A DNA stretch of 64,000 nt, from positions 30,382,001 through 30,446,000 of the forward strand of contig NC_087251.1 of the NCBI RefSeq assembly GCF_037042905.1, given 5' to 3'. Made by a program: the position numbers and the translations under genes. Shown one piece after another: positions 14,615 through 27,900 of the stretch. Every line of letters starts with the position of its first letter. Position 1 is the stretch's first letter. The notes beneath the pieces were generated by a model that was given only the letters and a program-made list of their open reading frames with translations, made no database searches and had not been told where the DNA came from. The DNA is from Lytechinus pictus. Taxonomy: Eukaryota.

Positions 14615-16378
14615 CAGTGCGTCCCCCAAAAAACTATACACTTGTCTTTTGAAATGGCAGCCAAATAAAAAATATATCACTTTGGGGGGAAACACTTATA
14701 TATATGAAAAGCCAATAATGTCAACTTTCAAATGATACCAAAAAGTTGAAAAAATATTCATGCTTGAGCGAGCACTGCCCACTGAAACAAAGGGTATGGA
14801 ATTTAGGCTGGGCCGGAATCAGCCTTCCAATTTTTTCATTTTTTGTTTCTTTGGAACTTGCAAAGTTGAGGGTTTTGTGATGAATTAATGATCAATTATG
14901 ATCAGTATGTTGTTTGAGAAATATTTGTTATTAAATTGAAATTTAATGCATGAGTGATCATAAATTGCAATTTTTAGTGCAGCATTTTGACTTTATCATG
15001 TGGATCTCAGCAATGTGTTCATGAGAGTCAGGAGAATAGGAGGGTAAGATAGGACTTAACTAGGTGAAGTAAGTTGATGGGATAAATGTAAACAGAACAT
15101 TTAGCAACCCCTCCCTCCATCTCTACCCCCCCCCCCCCCCACTTCTCTCCTCCTGAGAGACTAAGCTCAGCTAGGCTGGGCAGGAATTAGCTTTACAGTT
15201 TTTTGAGTGGTTAGTCCTTTGGAACTTGCAAAGCTAAGTGAGTTATGCTAAATTAATGAGTGAGATAAGTTTTGGTTTCTTAGGCAAATTTCATGAGTTA
15301 CTAAATTGAAATTTAATGCACGAGTGAACAGGAATTATAATTTTAGTAAAGCATATTCATCTTGTGGACCTCAGCAGTGTGTTCGTGAGAGTCAGAGTAA
15401 TGTGATGACACCTGTTACAAGCAAGAGGGCAAGATATGGTAAGACTTGGTTAAAAGGGTATTCCTCTTCTTTTTGTCCTTTTTCAAATTAAAAGTCAAAT
15501 GTACCCCCAACCTCCTTTTTCCAGGCTCCCCCTCTCTCACTTCCTGGACTGTAGCCTATTCAAAACTTAACTGCCAAGTGACCGGTGGCTGATGGGGTCA
15601 CTTTTTTTCACTGAATGATTACTAAGAAATTGACTGATTATGATGATTTATGAAATAATTTATTGAAAAAGAAACCCTGAATGTTTGATTGCTCACATTG
15701 CACATTGAATGAGTTGATTTATTAATAAATTGTTGATTAAATGATTGATAGGAAAAAGTTGATGCCCTAATTTAGAATTTATCATTAAATCAACATTCTG
15801 CTCTGGACTTCAAGCAAACATGACAATAGCAATCAGTCTCTCAACAGGAGGGGAGGGCTGGAGCAAGGGGGGGGGGGGGGGGCTAAATATTCTGTCGACC
15901 CTTATTCCATCAACCTACTTCTCCCACTTAAGTCCTATCTCACCCACTATTGTCCTGACTCCCATGAACACTTTGCTGAGATCCACATGATAAAGTTGAA
16001 ATGCTGCCCAAAAAATGTAATTTGTGTTCACTCACGCATTAAAGTTCAATTTAATAATTTACGAAATTTGCTTGAACAGCCAAAACTGGTCACGATTGAT
16101 CATTAATTTATCACAACACCCTTAACTTTGCAAGTTCCAAAGGATTTGCCTCTCAAAAACTGACATAAATTGGAAGGCTAATTCCGGTCCAACCTAATTT
16201 TCATACCCTTTGTTTCAGTGGGCAGTGCTCGCTCAAGCATGGATAGTTTTCCAACTTTTTGGTGTCATTTGAAGTTGACTTTATTGGCTTCCATATTTAT
16301 GTAAAAGTTTACCCCCCAAAAGATATATTTTTCATTTGGCAGCCATTTCAAAAGTGCAGTTTTTGGGGGGATGCACTG
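14615..16378. mobile_element. Tc1/mariner-type non-autonomous element with ~500-bp TIRs
   Basis: TA|CAGTGCGTCCCCC...GGGGGGATGCACTG|TA; 14615-~15140 is the inverse of ~15860-16378. Confidence 0.9.
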
Positions 16379-16799
16379 TAGTTTAGATTTTAGCTTTTAG
16401 GGGCCTTTCAAACTGCTGAAATTCAAGAAAGATTATTTTAGTTACCGCCCATGCATTGGTCACATTATCAGGCTGTAACTCAGCACCTTTTGGCCACTGG
16501 AGAGATGAAATATGGGATCTATATTGCTTCCTCCCCCACCCCGGAAAATAAACATATCATATAAAATATAAAACAATCCTCAGATCATTTTAAACCAAAA
16601 TCCTTATTACAACTCTCAGCCTAACCCTGCATGCAGGTCAAAATATTTATTGAACAAGGTGAAATTATTGCAGGAATACATGTCATGTCTCTTGAAAGTG
16701 TTTCATGAAAGTTTTGTTAGTGATTTTAACCTAATGTAAATCATTGCTAGTATCTGATAGGCTGAGAACAAACTGAAGTCAGTGAAAATCACTGACAAA

Positions 16800-17110
16800 G
16801 GTCCGTATTCTGAAGTCAGGTTTAACTTAGACCATGGTCTAACTCTGTGCTAAAATTATGGGAAGCCAAAAGTGTCAAAATTTTTATTAATTTGTATGTT
16901 TCTTATGTTTGCTGTGCTCTTTCCTGATTCATTGATGGTGAAGACAATAATCTTTTTATACTTCCTAGACAATTATGAATGATTTGAGAGCCGAATGAGC
17001 TGAAATATGGTATCTCTACTATTAGTGATTTATGTAGCAATTGGCTATCCATACTTCAACCACATTTTTAAACCTGAGATTAAGTTAAACCCGACTTCAG
17101 AATACGGGCC
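16800..17110. mobile_element. MITE nested in a shorter GTTTCATGAAA-type MITE (~16698-17130)
   Basis: GGTCCGTATTCTGAAGTCAGGTTTAACTTA / TAAGTTAAACCCGACTTCAGAATACGGGCC. Confidence 0.85.
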
Positions 17111-17417
17111 AACGTGTTTCATGAAACGCTGCAATGAAATATGATGAGGGTATTTACTTACCACCTGAGGTTTATCAATGGAGTCATCTGCTGCAAGGGC
17201 GGGTCGATAGACCAGGAATGAGGATGCGGAGAAGCCAATTGGTTGGTTGGTTGGTAAAGTCACATAGGTTGTTAAGAGGGGGCACAGTGGAGGGTTATCC
17301 TTGAGGGTACTGGCACCGATAATCTCCTGACAGATATATCTGGTAAAACATGAATTACAAGTTTACGGTAAATCAAAGTGAAGAAATTTACAAGAATGTT
17401 TGTTAATTCTTCATAAA

Positions 17418-18023
17418 AGGGGAATCCAACCCAAATAAACAGTTGCTTTTATCGGAAGAAGAAAAATCAGACAAGTACATGGGTGAAGGATAAAATCAGA
17501 CAAACTATATGAGAAAGTTATGAATTCTTAAAAGTTGTAAAAATTGGTTATATAGCTATACCCATGGAGATTTGAAAATTGCCACATTGGTGATGTCATA
17601 GTGATGTAAGGCAAGGACTACTCTCCCATTTACTCTTATACAAAAAACCTGTTAAATTATCAGGATTTTTTTCTCAAAAGTTTTATTTCAAACTTATTTT
17701 TCTGTCATGAAGATATCAAGCATTATGCTACATTGGTTATCTTTGGATTATTGCCTAAGGAAAATAGGTACTTGAGATAAAACCCCACAAATTCTTTATA
17801 ATTAAGTACATGGCCTGTGGGATCTATTGTTGTCCTTCCCACTTGTCATAATTTACTTACCCAGTTGCCAATTTGAAATTAACATAGTTTTAGGGATCTC
17901 AAATTAAAAACAGTCATAACTCTCTTATTGCTTGTCCGATTTCTTTTATACTTTCCCCATTCTGTTAAACTTATTTTTCTCCTTTCCCCACATAACATTT
18001 TATAACCAGGGTTTAATTCCCCT
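17418..18023. mobile_element. Kolobok-like MITE
   Basis: (TAAA)|AGGGGAAT...ATTCCCCT|TTAA with degenerate inverted arms. Confidence 0.65.
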
Positions 18024-19004
18024 TTAAATGAAAATACCAAGGACTGTTTAGGTTGGTGCACGCATCAGCAATTATTGTTTGTCTTATTTTAGATAATACT
18101 TACGGTCGAGTCATTATGGTCACTTGAATTACCGTACCTATCGGTATTTCCCCATTTTCGTGACATTTGGTTACCCAAATAGAAAATGAAAGAGAGTTAA
18201 TCCCACTTAAGACCTCAACTTGCTGCATCTTTACATGGTTTATAAACATAAAACATGAAAATGGTCAGTTAAGTCTAAAAAGCCCCAAAGACCCTCAAAG
18301 GTCAAAACTGTTGGAATAAATTGAATGAGGTCGATTGTTAAGATCAAGCACATATTTTTTATAATAAATTTGGGTTTCTAAAAACATTGCAACAATAATT
18401 CTGATCAACATTTTAATCCTATTTTGGACCCCAAAATCACGAAAATGGTAATTACAAAAATAAAAACATGGCTAGAATGACCACTACGACCATGATTTGT
18501 CTTGAACCAAGGTATATATTTTTGCTTCAGATATACCCTTAATTGACTGTGGCTATAAAAGCATTCTGTAAAGTGACCCTTTTCCAAACAGCAGAAAAAA
18601 TTGGCATGTTTGTTCAATAAGACTTACATTTTTTTAATCAGAGCAAACTTTTGCACCAGATATGCTTGTCAAACCTTCCTCAGCATAATTCTTATTAAAA
18701 CCCCCTATCTCCTGAAACTACTGAGGTGATTAGTACTTAACTTACAACATTGGCTTCAGCAAATGAATTTGAAAACGAAGTATACGAAAAAGTTACATGT
18801 AGCAGGTGAAAAAAAAACATTGCAATTTTGTCTTAAGATGCATGTGTGGCACGAGCACACTGGCTACATGTAGGGCATTGCCCCCCCCCCCCCCCCCCCG
18901 CTATGTAGCATTAAAACTCAATGGCCCATATTCTGATAGCCTGGTTTATCTTAATCTTAGTCCAAGTGTGGCAATATAACATCAGTCTAACCGGCCAATA
19001 ACCA

Positions 19005-19660
19005 CAATGGGTGATTTCAAGTACGGTGTTGAAATCTGGTGATGGTGTTGTCACAACACCAACACCAGCCACAACACCGTACTTGAAATCAGGCTGATGT
19101 TGGGATTGAACTCAGAAAATATGACTTATTTCCGGCAGTTCGTGTTGAAGGCTGGTGTTGAATGTCGTCTGCTGAACCCAGCACTGCGGCTGGTGTTGAC
19201 GATCTTCCCCATTCACCAACACCAACCCCCAGGGATAGGGAAAATCATGATTTCAAGTTCGGTGTTGGTGTTGGCAATATCAAGCTCGTGAACAGGCGGC
19301 GAACAAGATGAAACATCCCCGTAAAATTAGCTTTTACTGTTAAGATTAGTACAAATCATTTGAGCTTTATATAATTTGATGAAGAATAATGTTCACTCTT
19401 TCGAATTCTTGAATTAATTAAAGCATCAATTGGTAATCTGTACGATGAGAATAAATGTATTTCTCTCCTATTTCATTTTTGCAGTCGATACTTCTCGCGT
19501 GAAGGTGAGATGATTTAGCAGCACAGTGCAGAGGCGTGACGTCATGTGCTATCGATAACGCAATTGGTATCATTCCTCTGAACCCAGCTCGGTGTTGGAG
19601 CTCGGTTCAGCGGCCTTTTTACGCTCTCAACACCAACACCGAACTTGAAATCACCCAGTG
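19005..19660. mobile_element. MITE with CA(C/A)TGGGTGATTTCAAG ends and internal GGTGTTG/CAACACC repeats
   Basis: TGGGTGATTTCAAGTACGGTGTTG / CAACACCGAACTTGAAATCACCCA; the TIR motif recurs internally. Confidence 0.8.
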
Positions 19661-19841
19661 TATGTATGAGTGCAGAGAAATGGATGCAATTGAATGCGCA
19701 CTATTTCCTTTGTCCATGTGTAGTTTTTACCACAGTCAACAAAGTCATACCAAACTTGGTGAAGGCAGATGAATGTAGCGAGAAAAAAGATAACTCTCTT
19801 TCTTTAACCATTATAAGCATGGTCTAAATGCACATGTTTAA

Positions 19842-20385
19842 AGGGATGTTCTGGGCTGAAAATATTTATATCTAAATAAATAGAGTAAAATTCACAAAGC
19901 AAAATGCTTAAAATTTCATCAAAATCGGATAACAAAAAACGAAGTTATTGAATTTTAAAGTTTATCAATATTTTGTGAAAACAGTTATATGCACATCATC
20001 ATGAATATTCATTAGGTGGGCTGATGATGTCATATCGGAAATCATAATTGTTTCATTTTTCATGCATATATAAATGTCTCCATTATGATGAAATAAGTTG
20101 CTGCAATAAATAATTAATTGTTTTTGTTCTTGGTAGAAAAATTTTGAAAAAACCTAATTTCATATAATAAAATGCATAAGAACAAATGGGGATATAATAT
20201 ATCAGACCACCTTATGAATATTCATGAAGACATGCCTAGAACTGTTTCACTGGAATAATGCAAATCTTTAAAATTCAATAACTTCAATATTTGTTATCCG
20301 ATTTTGATCAAATTTTCAGCATTTTTGCTCTGTGAATTTTACTCTATCTATTGAGATATAAATATCTCCAGCCTAGACCACCCCT
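19842..20385. mobile_element. Kolobok-like palindromic MITE
   Basis: TTAA|AGGG...CCCT|TTAA with ~200-bp inverted arms. Confidence 0.85.
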
Positions 20386-21255
20386 TTAATTAAAAAAAGT
20401 TTTTATAAAAAATTGAAGTAAACACGTACCTCATACTGATCCGTGCAGCAGCCTGGGCTTCTTTCAAGGTCATACTCATCAATGGTTAATCTTGGATAGC
20501 TTCTCAGATCATCCTGGACCCTTACTTGTCCATCCTATAATTGAAAATTGAAACATAGCTTTTAGGTTAAAATCATGCATTCACAGCAAGGCTAAAGGCA
20601 AAGATGCATGTTTTTGTCACAAATGGTGAACATTTTACTTTCTGATCTCTAATAAGCCCCTACATATTTCATGGTTCATTCACATAAATAATCTCAATAT
20701 TGCAAATACTGCAATGAATATCTCTGCGTAAAGTAGACTAAATTCTAGTATAAAAATATCACAATTTATTTAGTGAGACATCATCAACTGTTAAGTACTA
20801 ATGTATGATCATTCATTCACATTTTTTTTCCAGATTCGAATATCTTTTTTCTCCATTCAAATTCATTTTAATTTAATTTCAATGATCTATTTGTGTATTA
20901 GTTAATTTCATTTATTAATCTAATTCATTTCACTTTAATTTAAGATATAAAATTATGAGATTTCTTGCTTGAACATTATGATTATCATATTATTGCATTT
21001 GCTATATTATTGCATTTGCTCCGACATATTTGTTTAAACTACTCAGATTCTTCACTTCCCTTCCTAGATGGCGCTATACCTCCAGCCATCCAGCGGATTA
21101 ATTACGAGTTGCAAAGAGAGTTAAGAGACAGAAAGTTAAGACACCTGCAGTCCCGCATCCATTTATTATAGAACAATATAATTTAAGTAAGAAAATTGAG
21201 AGATCATGCTCAGTAAACTTATTTCCATAGTAGACCTACATGTACTACTCGGTTG

Positions 21256-21370
21256 ATCAAAGGTTTTAAATTTAATATCATATATGATTTTAAATTAGAT
21301 TAAATAAGATTTAATCAAAGGTTTTAAATTTAATATCATATATGATTTTAAATTAGATTAAATAAGATTT
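21256..21370. repeat. Perfect 58-bp tandem duplication
   Basis: ATCAAAGGTTTTAAATTTAATATCATATATGATTTTAAATTAGATTAAATAAGATTT repeated at 21256 and 21314. Confidence 0.95.
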
Positions 21371-22619
21371 TACAGACAGGGGAATTCAGTTTTTTAATGA
21401 AAAATTCATCAAAATTGGAGGTAAAAAAATTAATTTTATATAAATTATAATTATATAGTAATGGGTGAGGTCATCAGTTCCCTCTTTTGCACACTGACCA
21501 AGATGTATACAACTGTTTGTAAAATTAAAAAAAACAAAACTTTCAAATTTCATTTTTTTTCTTATTTGACACCTGATCTTGATGAAATTGTCACTTGTCA
21601 GCATTAATTTTTTTATTTTTCTTTAAGTTACTCAAATTAACTCAATGTTTAGGTGGACTTCCTTTTTTAAACTGGTAGTTTTTCAGTCCTTTGCGACACC
21701 AAATTTCTTACATATTTCTTCAAGTTTATTTCGCTGGTCTATTGGTCTTGGCTGAAAATCACCAGCGAGTACAGGCAAAAAAAAAAGAAGTTATGTCTCC
21801 AGCCTAGTTCTATCTAAAGCCCCTGTTCCACTATAGATGCTGATTTGGCTACAATTTAAGAAACCTTCAGATTGGGCTGGATCGGGGGAAAATGAAACAT
21901 TTCAGTCCGCGAAAAAATAATTGGCAATTATAAAAGCTTTCCAAGGGAACTGGGGATTCATCACTTCCCAGGAAAGACCTGATTCTGCTCATCCCACGTC
22001 TGCACGCCGTGTTGCTTATGCTTTTCCCACTCCCCCGATTCAAAACGGGCGTCTTCTGATCCGGAAGATCGGCATGAAATTTTGAACATGTTCAAAATTT
22101 TTAACCGATCATGCCGATCTGAATAAAATGCTCGCTGTTAAACCGTCTTCACGTTGTTATTACGCTGCTCCCGATTTCAACCAATTCCTATCCCGCTCTC
22201 TGCCAATCTAATGATCAGGATGAATCGGGGTTTCAGATTGTGTTATTGGAATGGCCCCTTAAAAGTTTGATTTAATTCTATCTCGGAAAGCAATCATAGA
22301 AAACTTACATTTCATATGTACAATCTTTCCATTGTTGACATGCTCGATCTGATCCCCTTCATGGAGACGTCCTGTCAAAAAGTGATAATGAAATCTTATG
22401 AAAGATTATTCAAGTGGAACACCTCTGGCAGTCTTTACATGATTCAGTGCTTATCCAGGATCATTGATCTGAATTATACTCATTTAATTTCTGATAACTG
22501 TTAATCATTATATCCAAGCTTAACATGTAATACAAGCCAATATTGTTAACATTATCTTAAAAATTCAAAGTCTTAACCTTTGGTTGTTAAACTTGTTATT
22601 AGCATCGACTTTCACCTAC

Positions 22620-24012
22620 ATGTTTCAAGTTTCAAGTCTCATTTATTTCATTTATTATATCAAGATAAAAATACATAAAAAATAGACAATGTAGATACAA
22701 TGAACATCAAATTTAAAGAAAGTGAGGAAGGTAATGGCCAAAAAGGAAGAAACCTTGTGTGAGGCCAACCCATAACAAAAATTGTACTAAAAGAAATATT
22801 AAAACATCATATAATCACAAATTCAATGAGAAAAAAACAAAAAACATAACAAACACCTAACTAAACCTTAACTGAATGAGAATGGGGGGGGGGGGGGGGA
22901 AACCAAAAAATAAATCTAAGACTTAGACAATAAAAATGTTTTGTATCTCCTTTTAAAAACAGATACTGAAGGGCTTGATTGAATGTCAGAAGGGATGGAG
23001 TTCCAAATAACTGGTCCTTGATAAAATATACTGTTTCTGAAGATGGAAGTACTGCACTGTGGAATATGGATATCTTGGGCATTTATTGTTGAATAAGTAT
23101 GTATAGATGTGTTTAATAAAAATTAATTCTTAAGGGAATTAAGCAAGAGATCCTTTTTATAGAAAAACATGAAAAGTGCAATATTCATTCTATTCAAATC
23201 CATTATATTCAAAATTTTCAAAGATGTAAACAATGGTCCAGATTAAATGGGAGAGATAAGAAGAGTGAGTTATAATTCTCATTGCTTTTTTTCTGTAAAA
23301 GAAATATTCTGTTAATATGTGTTTGGAAGGCATTACCCCAGGCTATGGAGCGTTGTGGCCCAGTGGATTAGTCTTTGGACTTTGAAACAGAGGGTCGTGG
23401 GTTCGAATCCCAGCCATGGCGTAATTTCCTTCAGCAAGAAACTGATCCACAGTGTGCTGCACTCAACCCAGGTGAGGTAAATGGGTACCGATAGGAAGTT
23501 TTTTCCTTAAAAAGCTGTGTGCGCTATGAACGCCTAGCTTAGCCAGGTAATATAGGAGCGCCTTGAGCACCTAACAAGGTGGATATGTGCGCAATATAAA
23601 TACCCTATATTATTATTATATTGCAATAATTCAAATATGGTAAAATCAAGGTATTATACAATAAAAGAAGAATATTCTTCGGCAATGTGTGGAGTTTATA
23701 CATAACACCAACGTTTTTTGGCAACTTTGTTGCAGATGACACCAGCATGTTCATTCCAAGTTAACTTATTATCAACATTAACACCTAGAAAGGTAGTAAA
23801 TGTTACTTCATTTACTGGCATCTCATTTAAACAAACCTCAAATTTGAATTGTGATCTATTTTTATTTGTAAAAAACAAAAAATTTGATTTCTTAACATTT
23901 AAGGTTAATTTATTAACAGTAAGCCAGTTTGATACATATTTCAGTTCCGTATTGAAAATATTTTGTAAAGTTTGAACATTTCTATGGGACATGAACAAGC
24001 TGGTGTCATCTG
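22620..24012 (-). mobile_element. 5'-truncated CR1/L2-group LINE remnant (RT C-terminal half plus 3' UTR)
   Basis: DDTSLF...NKLTLNVKKS...FLGVNVDNKLTWNEH...LYNTLILPYLNYCNI|AWGN...LQKKAMRII, frameshifted and split by the SINE; AATAAA and (CTTGAAA)n tail at about 22620-22650. Confidence 0.9.
23347..23618 (+). mobile_element. tRNA-derived SINE inserted into a LINE remnant
   Basis: A box TGGCCCAGTGG, B box GGTTCGAATCC, conserved CCCAGGTG...AAATGGGTACC body, (TAT)n tail. Confidence 0.9.
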
Positions 24013-24088
24013 TCTCTGTTACCTGCATCTGTTACCTGAAATTTCCTTCATCCACATACCATGAATATTTGATAACTATTTATGCCAC

Positions 24089-24251
24089 CAGGGGAGCGTT
24101 TCATGAAAGGATATGTCGGAAGTTTTATCCGACAAGTCCTGTTTTATCCGACAGTTACCATAGTAACATTGCTTCTCAGCCAATCAAAATCAAGGAAAGT
24201 TGTCAGATCTGACAACTTGTCGGACGATAATGTTGATGAAACACTCCCCAG
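24089..24251. mobile_element. Short palindromic MITE
   Basis: GGGGAGCGTTTCAT...ATGAAACACTCCCC; related copies at about 4510-4641, 54270-54420 and 62756-63190. Confidence 0.7.
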
Positions 24252-24831
24252 GACTCCTATTTTCAATTTCAATATTATTTTTTACATGGTCAAAGTTCAT
24301 TGACTCTGAATAACTTTTGATCTTGATGTGAACCTCATGCTAAATGGTGTGACATTATGCGTCGCTGCAACATTACTGGTTGTAAGAAGGCCGACACATG
24401 AGATTGACAAATTTAAGACTGTCATCTAGAAATAGGATTAAATTAGATGCCAACATAGCATACAGTTTACATTGACTACAAATCTGTTTTTGCCATTTTC
24501 TAGAAAGGGTTAGGAATTTTAAGAGTTGTTGACCATTGAGCTAGTTCGGTGTGATATTTTATTACAAATGAACACGCTTTGTTGTTTGGCCTAATAACTT
24601 TTGATTCAGAGCCCTAAAAATTATATCGGAAAAGAGTGAAGTCTCCCCTATTTAAAAACAATAACAATTCTAATAATTATAATCCTTTAATCGACATTGC
24701 AATGGAACCTCAATTTCAAACTTGTAAAAAATTCTATTGCAATTTCTACGTGATCAGATATGGGTTTAAATGATTGGTTGCCCAAATAGAGGAGAGGTGG
24801 AATTATTGACTCACTATTCTCTGAAGCTCAC

Positions 24832-25088
24832 CCTCCAGGGATCACCCTCTTCACAAAGATCCTGAGGTCATTCTCAACGACATCCTTGATGTTACCTGCC
24901 AGGGATCCTCCTCCTTACAAAGATCCCAAAGTAATTATCTGCAACATCCTCACTGTTTCCTGCCAGTGATCACCCTCTTCACAAAGATCTTGAGGTCATT
25001 CTCTGCAACATCTTCGCAGTTACCTGCCAGCGATCACCATCTTCACAAAGATCCTGAGGTCATTCTCTGCAACATCCTCATTGTTACC
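24832..25088. repeat. 64-bp minisatellite, four copies
   Basis: CCTGCCAG.GATCACC.TCTTCACAAAGATCCTGAGGTCATTCTCTGCAACATCCTCA.TGTTA at about 24832, 24895, 24959 and 25023. Confidence 0.95.
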
Positions 25089-25214
25089 CAAAAGAAAACT
25101 GTAAAACAATTCAAAAGATAAATTAAATACCAGTACATTGAAAAAATAAATCATACTAAATATGAAAATAATTTATAACAAGAGTGTCGCTAAGGTAAGC
25201 ACATAAGCACATGT

Positions 25215-25535
25215 GGAAGCGCCGTGGTGTAGCGGTTCTGACTCTCGCCTTGTAATCAGAGGGTCGTGTGTTCGGATCCCACCATGGCCTAGCGTCCTTT
25301 GGCAAGGCGTCAATCCACAATTTGCCACTCTCCACCCAGGTGTTAAATGGGTACCCGGTAGGATGCAAAAGCCTATGTAGTATGCCTAGCAATTGAGTCT
25401 TGGAACTCTTGTTGGAATGCTCCCCAGGGAGTGGAGAAGGTGCATACATTGTATGCGGGCATGCAAGGATCCGATGACCGGGGTAATAATATATCTGTAA
25501 AGCGCTTAGAGACGTCGTTCCATTTTTGTAAAGCT
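25215..25535 (+). mobile_element. tRNA-derived SINE (related family)
   Basis: TGGTGTAGCGG ... GTTCGGATCC head, CACCCAGGTGTTAAATGGGTACC body, GTAAAGCGCTTAGAGAC 3' motif. Confidence 0.85.
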
Positions 25536-25539
25536 CGCA

Positions 25540-26345
25540 GAAATCTGTTTGCGCAGAAATGCTCATTTTCACGCTGTGTCAAAGGGAAAGGGCAAAATCA
25601 AACTTACCCTGCGGAACATTTCTCATACATTTCCCTTGCACTTTTAGTCAATTGAAATAAAACGGATACATTCAAGTATTTTGTAACAATTTTGCCACCC
25701 AAATTGAAATTTCAACATTTAATAGGCACAACCTTTACCCTTTTTGTGCCAGCTGGATCTGAAGACATAACTGAATCTGAAAAAAGTTTATGTCAGACAT
25801 CTCCAGCATTTTTTCACTAAGTTTTTATCATTTAAAGTGGGTTTACATTTCATTTTTCATTTAATACTTGTTCCTCCACACTTTTCCCGAGCTTGACAAT
25901 GAATAACAAAATGAAAATCAAGCCTGAGCCATTTCATGTAAATCACAGCTCAATGTAAAGCAAATATCGTCACGATGGCCTCGGTGTGTGGGGGAGTTGG
26001 GTGGGGCGCAATGCACTCTTCGAAGTGTTTTGGGCAAGGAAACAAGTTAAAAGGGGTATAAGATATCTTCAAATCAATTTTACTAGATAATTCCACATGT
26101 TCTTCATGATTAAGGTCTGCTTTTATTCGCATAACTATTTCAAAGTTCTGCGCAAATCATTTTTCACCTACTTTTCAAAAGTAAGTGGTGCTCACTCAAG
26201 CGGAAATATTTTTCGACAGTTATATCGTCATATGCTTTAATGGATCTGTACCAATGATAAAATGTGGAAAAAACTTCAGGATAATACAAATGTATAATTT
26301 TACAGGATTTTTCCTAAGTGTAAACTTTTTTTTGATACGCACTGT
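25540..26345. mobile_element. Partial Tc1/mariner-like element (right end only)
   Basis: Ends TTTTTTGATACGCACTG|TA; no matching left TIR found; left boundary uncertain. Confidence 0.5.
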
Positions 26346-26374
26346 ATAAATGCGGAATACTATTATTATTATTA

Positions 26375-27095
26375 TTATAATACGCCCGCCTGTAATACAG
26401 AAAATTGAGTTATTGGCCAAGCAAGAAAAGTGGAAGGTGGTGACTTCACCTTTGACTGTCTGACTTCAAAATCAATAGAATTCCTGGGATCTATGCTAGT
26501 ATCATACACATCAAATTATATGAGCCTATAGTTTAAGTTAAACTAAAGTTATTGCGTTAACAAGGACTTCAGAAGGATAAGATGAAAACATGTCACTGTA
26601 GTCTTGACCTTTGACCTTCAGAATCAATATAGGCTTTCTGGGATCCATGCTAGTATCATACACACCAAATTATATGAGCTTAGGTTAAGTCAAACTAAAG
26701 TTATCGCGTTTACAAAGACTTCAGAAGGGTAAAATGAAAACATGTCAGTGTGACCTTGACCTCAAAATCAATAGGCTTCCTGGGATCCATGCAAGTTTCA
26801 TACACACCAAATTATACAAGCCTAGGTTAAGTTAAAATGAAGTTATCGCATTTACAAGGACTGCAGAAGGGTAATATGAAAACATGTCACTGTGACCTTG
26901 ACCTTAGGACCTCAAAATAAAGAGGCTTCTTGGGATCCATGCTAGTATCATACACACCAAATTATATGAGCCTAGGCTAGGTTAAACTGAAGTTATCGCG
27001 TTCACAAGGAAAAGTTAATGGACGGACAGACAGATGGACGGACGGACACCGAGCGTGATACCATAATACCTTCCATCTAGACGGGCATATAAAAA
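26375..27095 (+). mobile_element. HINE/pearl-like element of a different family, with ~145-155-bp cores
   Basis: 5' ATACGCCCGCCT matches 3' AGACGGGCATAT; about four cores with TGACCTTGACCT and GGGATCCATGC; (GGAC/ACAG) microsatellite before the 3' hairpin and A-run. Confidence 0.75.
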
Positions 27096-27576
27096 TACAG
27101 CTAAGAATCCTATGGGTAATACAAGTGAACAGGAATAGGGTAGACAAACTACAAATTACAGAAACCACAAAGGTCACCCATTCTACAGTGCATCAATAAT
27201 GGGAGATTAAAAAACTTCATGTATTACTTTTTGCTATACGATATCAAAAAATTGTGAAGAATTCCATATGAAATTCAGAGGAATGAAATTTGTCATCATT
27301 TTCAACCCCCACCCCCTTAAAATAAATACCTCTTTAACGTTAATACTGTACATAAAATTGTTTAAAGAAATAATGAATTAAAAAAGAATAATTTGAATAC
27401 TGAAATTCATATCAATTTAAGCTCAACATACATGTACCGGTACACGTATTTGAGGAAATCAAATCTCAATCACCCAGTGCGAGCCTATGTTCGTGTGTCA
27501 ACAAACGTTCCATCAAAGTCCATACAATAAAAAGATTGGCCACTTTGCCAACTTCGCGTAACACTTTGCATCGATT

Positions 27577-27900
27577 CAAATTCAAATTCAAATTGTTTTA
27601 TTCTCTCAGTAAAACCTTACATAAAAACAAATATAATACAAAGTTAAAATACATGTATTACAAATCGGTGTAAAAGACAGTCTAAAAATTGCATTATGGT
27701 TCAGAATCATACTGAGGGGTAGCAGCCAAAAAGGAACAAAATCCTTATAATTAGGCCGACCCATTATTAAAACGAAAAGGTGACATAGAAAATGCAATAA
27801 CAGGGATATAGCAAAAACATTTCTAAAAACAAACAAAATAACTTAAAAATGCACATAAACAATGAATTAAGATATCAAAAAGTGCCATGCCCTAACATAA
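27577..27900 (-). mobile_element. LINE 3' UTR remnant
   Basis: AATAAA plus (TTTGAA)n tail, and a GCCAAAAAGGAA..AA.CCTT...GGCC stem similar to the one at 22736-22766. Confidence 0.6.

Larger units (their letters stand above)
8382..25098 (-). other. Putative spliced gene (orphan small protein or lncRNA): exon-like segments 25098-~24833, 22371-22309, 20534-20430, 17339-17162, 13129-12937, 12243-12203, 11627-11581, 8606 or 8434-8382
   Basis: Unique, GC-richer islands between repeats, each bounded by AG and GTAAG/GTATG/GTACG/GTGAG on the same strand. No recognisable protein domain. Confidence 0.45.

Noticed and set aside
23347..23420. Functional tRNA genes here and at 25215, 34545, 37126 and 63020
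   Set aside because: The acceptor stems do not pair, and the heads run into SINE or HINE bodies.
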